A stretch of 48,679 nt of DNA from Girardia tigrina (lineage: Eukaryota). Position 1 is the first letter of the stretch. Every line of letters starts with the position of its first letter. The notes beneath the pieces were generated by a model that did no database searches, was not told where the DNA came from, and worked only from the letters and a program-made list of their open reading frames with translations. The position numbers were made by a program, and so were the translations under genes. The stretch is taken from NCBI GenBank assembly GCA_001938485.1, contig MQRK01227347.1, positions 34,303 to 82,981 of the forward strand, read 5' to 3'. Below, in pieces: positions 24,884 through 37,329 of this stretch.

Positions 24884-26404
24884 CAGTAGCATGCATAAAG
24901 CTGTGCCCCTCCCAAGAGACTTCCAAAAAATATTTTTTTAGTGTATTTGTACATTTCTAAAATTTTATTTTTTGTCATAAAATTCGTATTCTTATAGCAT
25001 TTCATTTTGGATTTAATTATTAATTTTGACATTGTTTAATATTAAAATAAGTAATTGAAAGCAGTATTTTAATTTAGTATTAAATAAAATTCTATGGTTT
25101 TGCGGCATTTTTAAATAAAGAAGCGTAGATCTGAAAATCGTAAAGTCGACGTTGTTTGATTTGCCTTTGTGGGGAGGCTGATACAGCCGATCTCGCCGGG
25201 GCCGAATGTTTGAAATCATGGTCGATAAAGTAAACATTTCAGAGGCCGTTTCAATTCTCGACCGACAATATGCCAAAGTCAATTCGCCCCGATTTAATTT
25301 CTATCGAATTCCATTACGGAAACCAAAATTTGGAATTTGATTCCAATAATTAGTTTAGAGTTTTATTTTGCTTAAAAAAGAAAAACTATATTTTTTTAAC
25401 AATTTTGTTGTGTATTTATTCAATTAGCTATCTCTAAAATTCTACCTATAAATTTCGAAAAAAAACTTTTCTATCGATTTGAAATTTGAAATGTATATCG
25501 AAAAATTATTTTTTGTTTTTGTACAAAAAAATGGAAAAGAAAGATTATGTGTAAAAATATTGAGACAAAAAGTGTAAATAAAATTAAATGGCAGAAAAAA
25601 TTAATAATAATTTTGTGACTGTTGTTTAAATGAAATAGAGGTTGTAAACGTTTGGCACAGGAAATTGTTTAAAGAGTTGGGAATAAATAAATTGTTGTCG
25701 AAAACTGATTTTTTTTATTTAAGGGAAAGTCCATTGAAAGCTTTTCAAATAGATGGATTGGTGCTGTTGAAGATCATTAAACTTTCCGAAGATGAAATTG
25801 TTCAGCCGCTAGACGTTGTAAATAGAGTTTTGTTTGGATTATCGGCAGATTGAATGCTGGAAGTGACACACAGTTTCCCGATTCCGAAAATGCCGGAGGA
25901 GACAAAATCGAACGACATTTCGACTTACGCTTGTTTTATCGACATGTGTCCGCCGCAAATGATTCGACAATTGCAAGATGTGAATTTTGACTATATGGAA
26001 ATCGGCATGTGTCAAAGTAATTGTAGTGGCGCATTTCTCAGTCGAATTTCGGTCGAGAATCTTTGTCATTATAATGAAAGTCTAAATGAATCCATGATGA
26101 TGATCTGAATTTCCTCAAAAACGAATCAGCTGACCGATTCCGGTGATTTCGAATCTTCTTCCCCCCTCATCCCGGAAACACCGAATTCTCAACTCCGGGA
26201 CTTCACCACCGCACTGCACCCGCTTTTGCTCCAACAGATGTTTTTTTCAAATAATTCAAATTGAGGAAGAACCAGTTTAACTCATTGAAACAATTGCTAG
26301 CACTTCAAGCTCACGTTTTAAAATTCCTAGCAATATAGCGTGCGTAAGGGGGGGGAGGCAGGGGGCCGTGGCTCCCCCAGAACAAAATCTTATGCACACC
26401 TCTG
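24884..26404. mobile_element. Non-autonomous hAT-like element carrying a host gene fragment
   Basis: Identical 8-bp flanks CATTTGAT at 24876-24883 and 26405-26412. Termini CAGTAGCATGCATAA and (reverse complement) CAGAGGTGTGCATAA match at 11/15. A G-rich hAT-type subterminal motif lies at 26337-26380. Confidence 0.7.
25723..26130 (+). pseudogene. eIF3h: eIF3 subunit h (MPN domain) fragment with in-frame stops
   Basis: ESPLKAFQIDGLVLLKIIK...VLFGLSAD*MLEVTHSFPIP...MIRQLQDVNFDYMEIGMCQS...GAFLSR...HYNESLNESMMMI* follows the eIF3h pattern QIDGLVVLKIIKH...GVLLGL...LEITNCFPFP...MMRSLRHVNIDH..VGWYQS...EESVVLIYD. TGA at 25851-25853 and 26106-26108; preceded by a polypyrimidine-AG acceptor. Confidence 0.85.
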
Positions 26405-27785
26405 CATTTGATAGTTCAAAATGTATCACAATTCTAACAAATCTTTCATCCAAACATTGATCAAGGCTTACCATTATGACCATTACTGATTAGTTTAAGT
26501 TTTCCTTTTTTAGAGGCTGTAGATTGCAAATTCATAACAAAAGCTAAAATATTCTAAAATGTATTAAATTTCTTGATGGATATTGAAATTACAAATTGAA
26601 TTACCAACTAAATTACGGAAAACAAAGTAATCTTTAATGTAATTCCGAAGAATTTATTTTAAGAAATAGCTTATCCTTGGAAAAATTTTCGAGAAATTTT
26701 CCGAAAATGATAAAATATATATAAATGATTTAAGTTAATGTTTACCAAATATTTTCTAATTTTAAAATATTTTTTTTAAAAAAAGGTAATAAAAAAGCAT
26801 AGGCTGTTCTATCACAAAAATTCAGAAATACGACTAATATTTTTAATTAATATGTATTAAATACATCAGATTTTTAAATTTTACGCTTGGGTTGTGTTTA
26901 ATTTATATTTTTGTCAGATCATGCGGTTAATAATTTTTGAAATAATTTATTTAGTTGAGATTAAAATATATTTTTCAAGTATTTTTACTTATTTTCTTTT
27001 ATTTTTGAAAATTTTTATATTTATTTCAGAGGCAAAGTAAAATGATAACGATTAATCTTTAAAATGCGTTCTTTTGGGTTTTTTTGGTTTCTTTTGAAAA
27101 TTTGTGAAATTTCCTTTTTTTTCTAAAAGATGGCACCACTTTTGTTTCTAATTGCGCGATGCCATCAAAACTCGGGGATGCCTTTTCTCACTGAAAATCA
27201 ACGTAATTTTAATGAAGTTTTTAAACATCCATTTCTTTAAAATACAATAATCAAATATTATTATTCTCTTTTATTGTTTAACATAGTTTTTATTAATAAA
27301 TGTTTTTGCAATAAAAGTTTTTGTGTTTATATTATTTTATAAAATGAAAACGAGGCGTCATATGAATAAATATTTTTTGAGCAGGTGTGGTAAAATAAAA
27401 TTTGGAATACACTGCTTTATGGTAATCGTTAAAATGAAGTTTTAAAATTAATCATAAATATTTTAATTAATGATCAACTTATTAATTTTTTTGACAGTGT
27501 TCCTTGAGCGACCTTGATGACCATGAAAACTATTGATCAATGAATTCAACTTAACCATAATATAGTTGTAAATTTTCTCATTATGCAAGACAAAAAACAT
27601 ATTTGGAACATGACGTTTTTCACTAACGAAACATTGTTTTGTTTCAAATTAATTATGATACGATTGATGAAGAAGTTTATAATAAATTAATTTACGAAGC
27701 TTCATTTGACAATTCCCAGAAAGAGATCTTGTTGTAGTGACCTAGTCAATTATTATATATAAATTATATATAGTAAATTATATAT

Positions 27786-27822
<37 letters not shown>

Positions 27823-27825
<3 letters not shown>

Positions 27826-28499
27826 CAAACTCTTTTTTTTGCACGGTAGATACGTTCTTTAGTTGACCGTGCCAAAAAAATCATGTGAATAAATACCTGT
27901 AATACATTTAAATTTAAGGATGCGTACGGCAACTTAAAAAAGTCGCGTAATTTAGAAAAACCCCTAAATATTTCTTTAAAAAGTCGTGCAAAAAATAATA
28001 ATAAGATAAATCTTAAGTATAAAAAATATAAAAATCGCCTTTATTAAAAAAAATAAAAAGTAAATTCAAATAAGCACGAAAGAACATTAATATAATGCAT
28101 GCAATTAAAATTAAAAATCAAAAGTAGAAATTAAACTTTATTTTGCGGCTATTCTTCACTGCTTGATAAGAATTCATGACATTTATTTCCGATCGATCCC
28201 AAATTACTTTCGCCGGAAGATATTTCTAACGACTGAAGCACATCCGAATTTTTCACGTAATTGATAGATTCTGCTATTGGTTGTCGAATTAAAAAATCTG
28301 TTATTAACTGCTGATTTTTCGGCTTTTCAAGTTTCTTATATTGACATCCACTTATACAAAACTGAAGATTGCGCTGAAATTTTAATGAGCGCCCCGCGTC
28401 AGGATCATGAGTGTTAGAAAAAAATTTCACGGGAAAATATTTTTTTGAACCGTGTTATTTCAAAAACGTGTAAAAAGAGTCGTGCAAAAAAAGAGTTGG

Positions 28500-28504
<5 letters not shown>
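27823..28504 (-). mobile_element. Tigger/pogo-derived non-autonomous element in a (TA)n run
   Basis: TIRs CACCAAACTCTTTTTTTGCACG / CACCCAACTCTTTTTTTGCACG with TA repeats on both sides. Internal HDPDAGRSLKFQRNL...KPKNQQLITDF resembles a Tigger transposase C-terminus. Confidence 0.8.
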
Positions 28505-28535
<31 letters not shown>

Positions 28536-28939
28536 TTATATATATAAAACCAATCGATGATCGATAAAAACAATCAATAATATTACGGATTACAATTATA
28601 TTATATTACCTACAAAGCATTTTCCTGTAAAATCGGTTCGTAAAGGTATTTTCCGCAAACCAATTTATCAATATTCCCCTGAAAGTTTTTCTCTTCATGT
28701 AATCTATTTTCTCAAAATCTCGTGGTGCAACCGAATGATTCTCTGACGTTTCCATGGATTTTGTTATATCATAAGATCGTTCCTTTGAAACCTTTGAAGA
28801 ACAAACACAAAATCGAAATCGAGATTTAACTGTGCCGTTCTCTCTCTCTCGTATGTGATTTCTTCTGTTATTTATGTTTACTTATATTGTGTAAAAATAA
28901 AAGTTTTATACATATTTATCTTTATTTTTTTAACGTTAA

Positions 28940-29837
28940 AGGAGTTCACTGAAGCACGTTTTCAGTTAGCTCTTTTACACTTGTGTCGAAATATTAATAT
29001 TTTTAATAACCAACTCTGAAATGTTATGAGACAAACATTTGGATTATGAAATTTTTTATCTTCAAAGGTGCATGTCATCAAAAATGAGCTCGATTGTCGG
29101 CACTGACACGCGTGTCATATGTCCAACATCAACGGTGTATACCTTAAGAAATTGATGATGGAACAAAATAAAAATTAGATCGAAAAACATAAAATAAAAA
29201 GTAAAATAGCATCACTTATAAACTTTTAGAATTATTTAACATTAGAAAAGAGATTTTCAAAATTAATGAGAAACAATAAATTTTTATCAAAATTGCTTAT
29301 TTAAAATTTTAGACTTTAAAATCTCTATCGAGGGTTTGTACTCAAATTTCATGATATGAAATTTCTACAACAAACACTGAGAAGAAAAATTAAAGTCTTA
29401 TAATGTCAAACATGGCTGTTATTGGAAATTTGTTCGGGATTGAAAATAAATTATTTATTTGCGATTTGTTGAAAGGAAAACTAAACTCAATTTAATATTT
29501 TATACATAACAAAAAATCAAAAGATAATACTATAAAATAGGTTATGTAGGAAATAAATTAAGACCTTTTTATATACGTTTATCAGATGATCTTCTAAAAA
29601 ACAAATACTCTGGATTAAGGATATTTTTTGCTTTAAATTTGCCGGAAGAAAGTCATTTTTTGAAAAGAAATATAATCTTCATATTATTGATAGTTTTTAA
29701 AAAAAAGCTTTAACTAATTATTTTTCAGAAATATCAAATTAGCGTTTATAAGACTCAGAAATAAATATTTGTATATATTGTTAAAAATCAAATTCGAAAA
29801 TAAGCTCTATTTTCAGTTTTTTCTTAGAGATGCTCCT
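28940..29837. mobile_element. Kolobok-like non-autonomous element
   Basis: TTAA|AGGAG...CTCCT|TTAA: TTAA duplication with purine-purine termini and a short imperfect TIR. Confidence 0.55.
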
Positions 29838-30099
29838 TTAAGAAATTATTATTGAACGTGTTTCGAAGTTTTATACTTCATCATCAGCAAAAGTAATTTT
29901 TTAAATATTTTAATGTTAAATTAAATGTTTGTTTTCAATGGAAGATTTAAAAATTAATATTTTATAGTAGAAAAAGACACGTCATATATGACGGGTGAGC
30001 TGAATTTCTTTGACTTTGAAAGTTTCGGTTTCAATTTTTAAATTATTATAATTTATTATTTATTGTTTCGAATTCTGTGTTGCTTTAACAGTTTGTCAG

Positions 30100-32089
30100 T
30101 TAAATCGGCTTCCGGTGCTTTTCAAAAAGAACTTGACTAGAGGAATGCACATTTTCTTTAATTTGGAGAATGGCTATGTGATTTCGAATACGTTACACTC
30201 TTCCAGCACATCCACAACAATATTTTCAAAGAATGGGTGACTCTTGTAAATTTTTCGCAATTGCGCATGAGAATTTTGGAACATATGTACAATTTTTGCG
30301 TGGATCAAAAATAGATGTAGCTGTGCACATGGCAATGACCTTATCAGAAAATTTAGAATCCATGCTGCCAAGTAAACATTCAATAAATGGATTAATCACT
30401 TTGGTGCGTAATTTGTCTTCCTCTACATTGTTGTCTTCAACAAGTGCTAATGAATGTGATTGAAGGAAGAGAGTAACATCATTTTCATAAAGATGTTTAT
30501 CTTATTGATAGTGATATGTCCATCTTGTGTCGCCTGCTCGTATGAGTTCTACTTGGGGGCCATCTAGGATCTCTTGTAAAGCCTTGAATTTACGATTGTT
30601 TTTGAGACAGTTATAAAGTAGCCGCCAAAAACTATTAAGAATAGAGAACATGTTTTTATCTCCCTCTATTTATGTGCTGCATAGACGCACACAAGCTGCA
30701 ACAGATGACTTCGACAATGGACGTAGACTACATCTTTAGTGTGTTATTTGATCATTTGTGATTGTGTTCCATTTTGGTTACCCGACATATTGTTGGCTCC
30801 ATCAAAGGACAGCCACTTTACATGCTGGCATTGAACTTCAAGATTTTCCAATGCAAGCAAAATCCCTTCTTTTATTATAATTGCCTCTGTATTTTTCAAC
30901 TCCTGCAAACTTATAAAGATTTCTTTTGGCTCTCCATTAAGGTCAACATAACGAGGACAAAGTGACAGAGTAGTTCTTCCTTGCAAATCAGTCCCTTCAT
31001 CGGCCATGACAGACAGATAGTGCACAAGATATTGAATGGTTTCAGTCGGTTTTTTAGAAAGACTTGCATATGTTCTTTGAAAGTAACAAGACTCTCACAA
31101 GAAATGTTGTGGGATATATAAGTAGTATTTTGAGGACGGAGCTCCTGCCATTGCTTCATGCACCCACTACCATTTAGCTCAGTACACAGATCTAGCAGTC
31201 TGCCATACTTTGTGGTGTGCGATATTTCCTTTTTAACAAGCCAATATGCTACCTTTAAATAATCTACTAGATGATCTTGGTTCTCTTGCATTACTGATTT
31301 ACTTGTTATGCGCAATTGATTGGAAACAGTTCCATGAATTTCAGAGTCTTCTTTGGCTATATGGAAGCATTTTGCTTTACGATGCGCCTCTGATTCAGTA
31401 TGTTTCAGTAGTTTATTGTTTTTAGAAGAACATTCTGAAGCCTTCTTTAAAATAGTAAACGGTTGGCTGATAAAAGTCCTGTTAAAACCTTTTTGGAGAG
31501 GCCGCACTTTATAATATTCTATACAAAATACACAGTAGTTTACCGTAGTTAACCATGAATGCTCATCACGGTATTTTTGAGGCTTCCGCTTTTTTGGTGG
31601 TGGTTCAACAAGAACGTTATCAAAATTGACAGGAACATTCAGGGAAGTCACTGAAACTTGAGTTTGTTTGGTAGAAGAGCTAAAATCTACAGTGGCAGGG
31701 ATTTTAGCAAAATTATTAAGTAGAGATGTGGCAGGTCGCTTTTTGGAAGTCATAGATGGTGTATCACTTTATCCGAGTAAATAACACTTATACTGAAGTT
31801 AACACTGAGGATAGACAATTCAGCACAATTGCTTCTTTTCACAATAATGTAGGAAGGCGGTGGAGGATAAACTACTGTCGCTTCCAGTTAATATAAACTT
31901 TTAGGTACTTGATTGTAAATTATATACGGTCGTTTTCAATTAAGAGTGATATTTCTGCTTTCGATGGCGAATTTAACATTTAGATGTTTATTGCTAAATA
32001 TGGTTTATAATTGGAGAATTTTAAGGGGGAAGCGTTAAATTTTGGGGAGGGGGGAATATACAGAATGTCCAGAGCTGGAAAAAACACTG
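30100..32089 (-). mobile_element. hAT transposon (ZMYM1/DUF4371-like transposase), frameshifted and 3'-truncated
   Basis: Left end CAGTGTTTTTTCCAG at 32089. Zinc-finger-like SWL...YCVFC...LLKHTESEAH; catalytic-region motifs SVMADEGTD, LSLCPRYV, SFDGANNMSG, YVHCRSHLLQL. Confidence 0.88.
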
Positions 32090-32189
32090 ATGATTAGATG
32101 ATAACGAAATTTTGCAAATTTCTCCAAAATGGAGTTTTACAAATATAATTAGTAAATAAGTGATATGAATCGCCATTTGTCAAAAAAAT

Positions 32190-32490
32190 GAGTTTTTTTT
32201 CGTATTTTCATAATGATTTTCATGAAATTCCTTGTATGATTCATCAAAATTGTCATTATTCGAAATCGGTCTTAATTAAACCATTTAACGACTTGTACGG
32301 TTTTCGATCGATTTCATCGCTTTCCATGCGTCTTACGGCTATGGTGCTGCACAAAAACAATTTTATTGATACGAGCTATCCAGATTGAACACAACTTTAA
32401 ATGGATTCATTCCGGTTCCTCCGTAATTTCACATTTAAAAGCGTGACCGACACAAACAAACAAACACTTTTTAGACTAATAGTATACATA
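32190..32490 (+). repeat. Possible Helentron/DINE-like non-autonomous repeat end
   Basis: Ends ...gaccgaca(caaa)n cactttt...tagtata, an architecture typical of such elements; no coding support. Confidence 0.3.
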
Positions 32491-32559
32491 TTTTTCTAAG
32501 TATCATTGAATATTATTGGCAAAGGTCTTTACTTATTTAATAATATTTGAAACAGCATT

Positions 32560-32830
32560 ATTTTGTCCATTTTGAATTTTTATTAATGGGTTGTTATGTC
32601 TCAAAATCGATTCATAGAATTGCTGCTCGTAATGTGAATCAAAGCCATTCTGTTCACTAGGAAACTCATCGACTCAATAGATTAAATTCTATTTTTATAA
32701 TGTAACCAATGATCAAGAACTTATTTCGATTGATTTGATTGTGAATACTTACTAATTTGAGTTTTGAAATGACAATTTGTCTCTCCAATGTGGGTCTCCT
32801 ATAGCTTTTAAATCTCCCGATAGCTTTTTT
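32560..32830 (-). mobile_element. Penelope-like GIY-YIG endonuclease relic
   Basis: THIGETNCHFKTQI (compare YIGETxRHLKTRI) and YESILRHNNPLIKIQ. Shares 'cattggttacattataaaaa' with ~40405. Confidence 0.6.
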
Positions 32831-32953
32831 TCTAAATAAGATTTTATAATCTTTTGATCCTTTTTGTGAGCAATGTAATTATTTGTTCAGTCATTTTATT
32901 ACAACTATTCAAGAATAAATATGTCATTTTAAATGATAAAAAAGTATCTTTAA

Positions 32954-33182
32954 TCCCTTAACGCGTAGGCTCGAGTAGGACTCGGGTATGGATTACTGGC
33001 AAATTTGTGCAAGCCCGAGTCCATTTCGGGTGTCTAATATTTTTTTGTTATTCTTCTATGCAGTAACGAAAATAGCTTCTACAATCACTTTTTTATCTAA
33101 TTGTATTAGTACATTAATTATCAGTAATAAACAAAATATTTTTTTTGGAACGTTTACGGGAAAGAAATGCGCGTTAAGGGGT
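32954..33182. mobile_element. piggyBac-like MITE (~230 bp)
   Basis: TTAA-flanked TIRs CCCTTAACGCG...CGCGTTAAGGG. Confidence 0.75.
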
Positions 33183-33894
33183 TTAAAATAACCTTTTGTT
33201 CTATTTTTTGAATTAAAAATTATATAAGACTGGTTTTTCAACAGTCGAAAAATACTTTAATTCGATTTGTCAAATAGAAAGTCAGATTTTTCTTCGGTGG
33301 TACATACCTATTTTTGGGATAAAATGTGACGTGAAGGTTTTGGCATGAAGAATGTTTGTTGAAACTGTAATTCTATTTGCTCGTATTGAACGCAAATAAA
33401 GAAGAATCAAATGAAATTAAATTTGATTTATCGGCTCAAGTATATTTAGATAGTGAGAAGAATGATAATAAAATAAATCCCGAATATGCGGAAGAAAGAA
33501 AATGAAGAAAGTAAGGAAAAAGAGGTTAAAAAGGAAGAAAATGATGATGAAGAAGATCAAGATGAAGAAGAGAAAGATTTAAAGGAATAGAAATTATATT
33601 TTATAAAGACTCCTGTGTATAATTGTTATTGGAGTAAGAAAAAATAGAAATTTCTCAAAGATAAAATAAAGTTTTAATAAAATAAATTGTTCCTTAAATA
33701 ATAAATTTTCCTTAAATGTACTTTTTATTTAGTCTTTCTTTAACTATGAACGTACTTGATTCCAATTTTCCAATTTTAGAAACCTCAAAATGTTTTAGAA
33801 CTTAAACGTTGATGCTTTTTCCATTTTTTATTAGCTTGCTTTCTATTTATTTATATAAACATGTATCCATAAAATTTAGAAACCTATTTTTCAG

Positions 33895-35120
33895 GGCCTT
33901 TTACTCAGGTGGTTTAGGCTTAGTCTCTACCCGAGATGAATACGCAATACAATCTATAATTCAAGCGTACAGGAACATGGTGTGCTCAGACGAATCATCG
34001 GGTCATCTCATCTTTATCAATTTATTCAACACCCTAGACAGATATCACGGTACTAAAGAAGAATGGACACTCTCTGATTGCCTAAACTGGATCAACACAG
34101 GTGACAAAGAGAAGGGATTTAAATCTTGGTGGACCAAGAATCGGAATTCAATCAAATACCTGAAAGGCATTGGGTTACAAATTCAGTTTGTCACTAACGA
34201 GCTACGTATTTGTTTAAAAGTTCACATATCCAATGATTCCATGATACTAAGTGAACATTCAATTGACAGTATAACTTTCCACTTGCACAGAATCTATAAC
34301 AAAATGAAATTTGATAAATGGAGCAAACAAAGGATAGCTGGAATGTTAATCATCTCATTGGCAGAACACAACTTCAGCTCCAAAGTATTATACAATGTGT
34401 CACTATCCATCGAGGAATGGCGCTTTTTACACAGCGCAAGGACAAATAGTTTACCAACAAATTATAAGCCGAAAAAACCAAGAAAACAATCGATGTGCAG
34501 GGCATGTGGTCAAGATATAGAAACACAGATCTATGTTCTATGTTGGTGTAAACCCAACAGCACTCTGATACAGGCGAGACATAATGCAATCGCAGAAATC
34601 GTCACAGATGCTTTACTTGCAGAGAAACCAATTTTAAAAATCATCATGAATCGAGAGTGTGATTGGTCTGTGTCGGGAAGCCGGGTTGATTTACAAGTTT
34701 ATAACCATGGAACCAAAGAATTCTAGCTTATAGATATAAAAACCCCTTATGACACTGTCAAAGCACTTAAAGATGCCATAGATAACAACAAAAAAATATA
34801 TAAAAGCCTGCTAACTGAAGCAAAGGCGGCTCATAAAGGGTGGACTGTAATATTAGGAGCAATTGTTGTCGGCTGTTTAGGAACTTGGCCCGCCGATAAT
34901 GACAACCTGCTTAAAAACAAATGACATCTTTCAGGTACAACTATAAAAAATTTAACCAAAATGTGCATAGTGTCGAATATCAAATATTCCAACTCGACAT
35001 GGCATAAACACAATACCGGTCAATATAACCCACTAATGTCAAATGCGGTGACGACAAATCTTACCGACACAGTCACGGCATATGCACCAGTAGCCGGTTG
35101 ATAACAATAACAATAACACA
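33895..35120 (+). mobile_element. RLE-type (R2/NeSL/Utopia-like) non-LTR retrotransposon, 5'-truncated
   Basis: GGLGL, degenerate CCHC (CRACGQDIETQIYVLCWC), ARHNAI, RVDLQV, LIDIKTPYD, IVVGCLGTW. One internal stop at 34724-34726; 3' (TAACAA)n tail. Confidence 0.88.
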
Positions 35121-36081
35121 AGTCAAGGATGCTCTATACAGCGACCATAGCTTTGAGCATCCAATGTATATCCCAGGATATCTTTACATATTTCAACTTG
35201 AAATTTGTCACAATTTTCTCCAAACTTTGTACACTTAGTCATTTTCGATGACAATAAATGATAATTTGAAAAAATGATCAAACAATTGGAACAAAACGGT
35301 CGCATCGGAGTTCCTGAGCAATAATAGCATAAAAAGATCTGTTTATAAATTATAAGTAGTTTATATTACGCAAAACAATAAACAAAAAAATAAACAAAGT
35401 CCAGTAAACCTATTTAAAATCTTGTGGAACTTCTTCATCACTGCTCTCATCGATATATCTGTCAATGCCTGATGAATCACTTCAAAGGTTTTCTTCTTCC
35501 GAAATATTATCTTGAGGTAGAACTATAGGTAAATTGCCTTAACCCCTTTTCTGTCTCTAAAAGAGTGCATGTGTAACCATTGTCGTACTTTGGTTTTCAA
35601 CTAATGTCCGCATGAGGAATTTAAAAAAAACAAAGTGATGCCATGAACTATTAAATCCAAAAACATTTATATATCAATGCTTTATGCAGAAAGAACTTTG
35701 CATGGCCAACATAATTTTTTAATCTTTTATTATGTTTATTTTGAAAATATTATTTTAATTAACATTTCTAAAAATTTAACAAAAAGCAATAAAAAACATT
35801 ATGAAATTGAAAAAAAATCTTTACCTTGAAATAAATGATACTATCACCTTCACATGAGAAAAAAATATTCGTGAAAACACAAACACATACATCTCTCGTC
35901 CATTGTAAAATGTATGGAGAAATAAGAATTGAAATTTAGTTAACTTAATTATAAAAATTTTAATTAAAAAGTATTTTCAAAACATGTTGAATAAATAATA
36001 AAAATGAAATTAAAAAGATACTTAATCAAAAATTTTAAAATAATTAATTCTGAAGTTTTGAATTAAACTAACATATTTTTA

Positions 36082-37299
36082 TTGGGTTGTTGCATAAGTT
36101 CCCGCCGTTACATGAAACTATTTGTTCTACAAAGACTTTTTGATGTTTGGCGAAATATTATATACCATTAAAAAGCCCGTGCTATGCTCTACAAGATTAA
36201 AGTAATCGTTTTTGCCTATATTATTTTTCTGTCTTTTTTTAGAACCGTCAAATGGATTGTCAAGTCGACAAAAAATTGCATTTTCGACATCTCCTTCTTT
36301 TCGCCTTTAATCGAGGTCAAAAAGCGAGTGAAGCTACCAGAAATATTTGTGCCGTCTATGGAGAGGACGCTATAGATGAGAGAACTGCTTGGGATTGGTT
36401 TGCTAGGTTCAAACACGATAATTTCGACCTCAACGACGCTCCTTGTTCCGGAAGACCAGTCGAGATGGACGAGGACCAACTCGGGAATCTTTTGAAGGAA
36501 GATGGCCGTCAGACATGCAGAGAGAAAATATGAATTGTGATTTTGCTACAATTTCACGCCATCTTCAGTCGATGTGTTTCACTAAAAAGCTTGGAGCTTG
36601 GGTCCCGCACGAACTCACCAAAAAACAGAAGGATAAGCGAATTTCTATTGCTGCTCAAAATCAAAAAAAAGAATCTCTATAAAGCCCAATTGCATCGAGT
36701 CAATGAGACATTTCAACAAAAAAGACCAGATTGACAAGGCCAGGTGATCCTCCTCCATGACAATACTCGACCACACACCGCAAAAACAGTGAAGATGGCA
36801 CTCCAAGAACTCGATTGGGAGGTCCTTTAACATTCTCCATATTCCCAAGACCTCGTCCCGATGGATTAGCATCTCTTCCGCTGCCTTTCAAATGAAATGA
36901 GGGGTCTTAGCTTCGAAAATAAGGATCATCTTGAGAATTGGCTTAACAACTTCTTCGAGATTCGACCTAAAGATTTCTGGCGAAATGGAATCAACAAACT
37001 GATGGAAAGATGGGAAGAATTAGTGAACAATGAAGGAGAGTACATATTGGGTGTATAACTAATTAATTTCGTATCTTTTGTTAAAAAAACCATTTATTTA
37101 AGTATAAAAGTGATAACAAATACGAAATTAATTAGTTGTACACCTAATAATTGATTGAAGTGTTATTATTTTTGCTGTTAAACTTTTATGATTTCATTAA
37201 ATATATAATCAACTGAGTCATTATTTTGGTTGTTAAAATTCTTTGATTTCTTTGAAAATAAATGTTTAAAAAACAGCAGGAACTTATGTAACAACCCAA
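36082..37299 (+). mobile_element. mariner transposon with both TIRs, internally deleted
   Basis: TIRs TTGGGTTGTTGCATAAGTTCC / TTGGGTTGTTACATAAGTTCC with TA TSD. HFRHLLLFAF..., WVPHEL, LLHDNTRPH, PYSQDLVPMD, GEYI..ID*; the segment with the first catalytic Asp is missing. Confidence 0.95.
37047..37147. mobile_element. 101-bp mariner-type MITE nested in the mariner
   Basis: 28-bp TIRs TTGGGTGTATAACTAATTAATTTCGTAT / TTAGGTGTACAACTAATTAATTTCGTAT with TA TSD; removal restores GEYIID*. Confidence 0.9.
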
Positions 37300-37329
37300 T
37301 ATATTTTGTTAATAGTCTATTAGTTGGTT

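Noticed and set aside
25851-25853. TGA recoding (selenocysteine or alternative genetic code) in eIF3h
   Set aside because: The ROR exons use TGG for Trp with no internal TGA, and the eIF3h copy has a second stop and loses similarity afterwards, so pseudogenisation is simpler.
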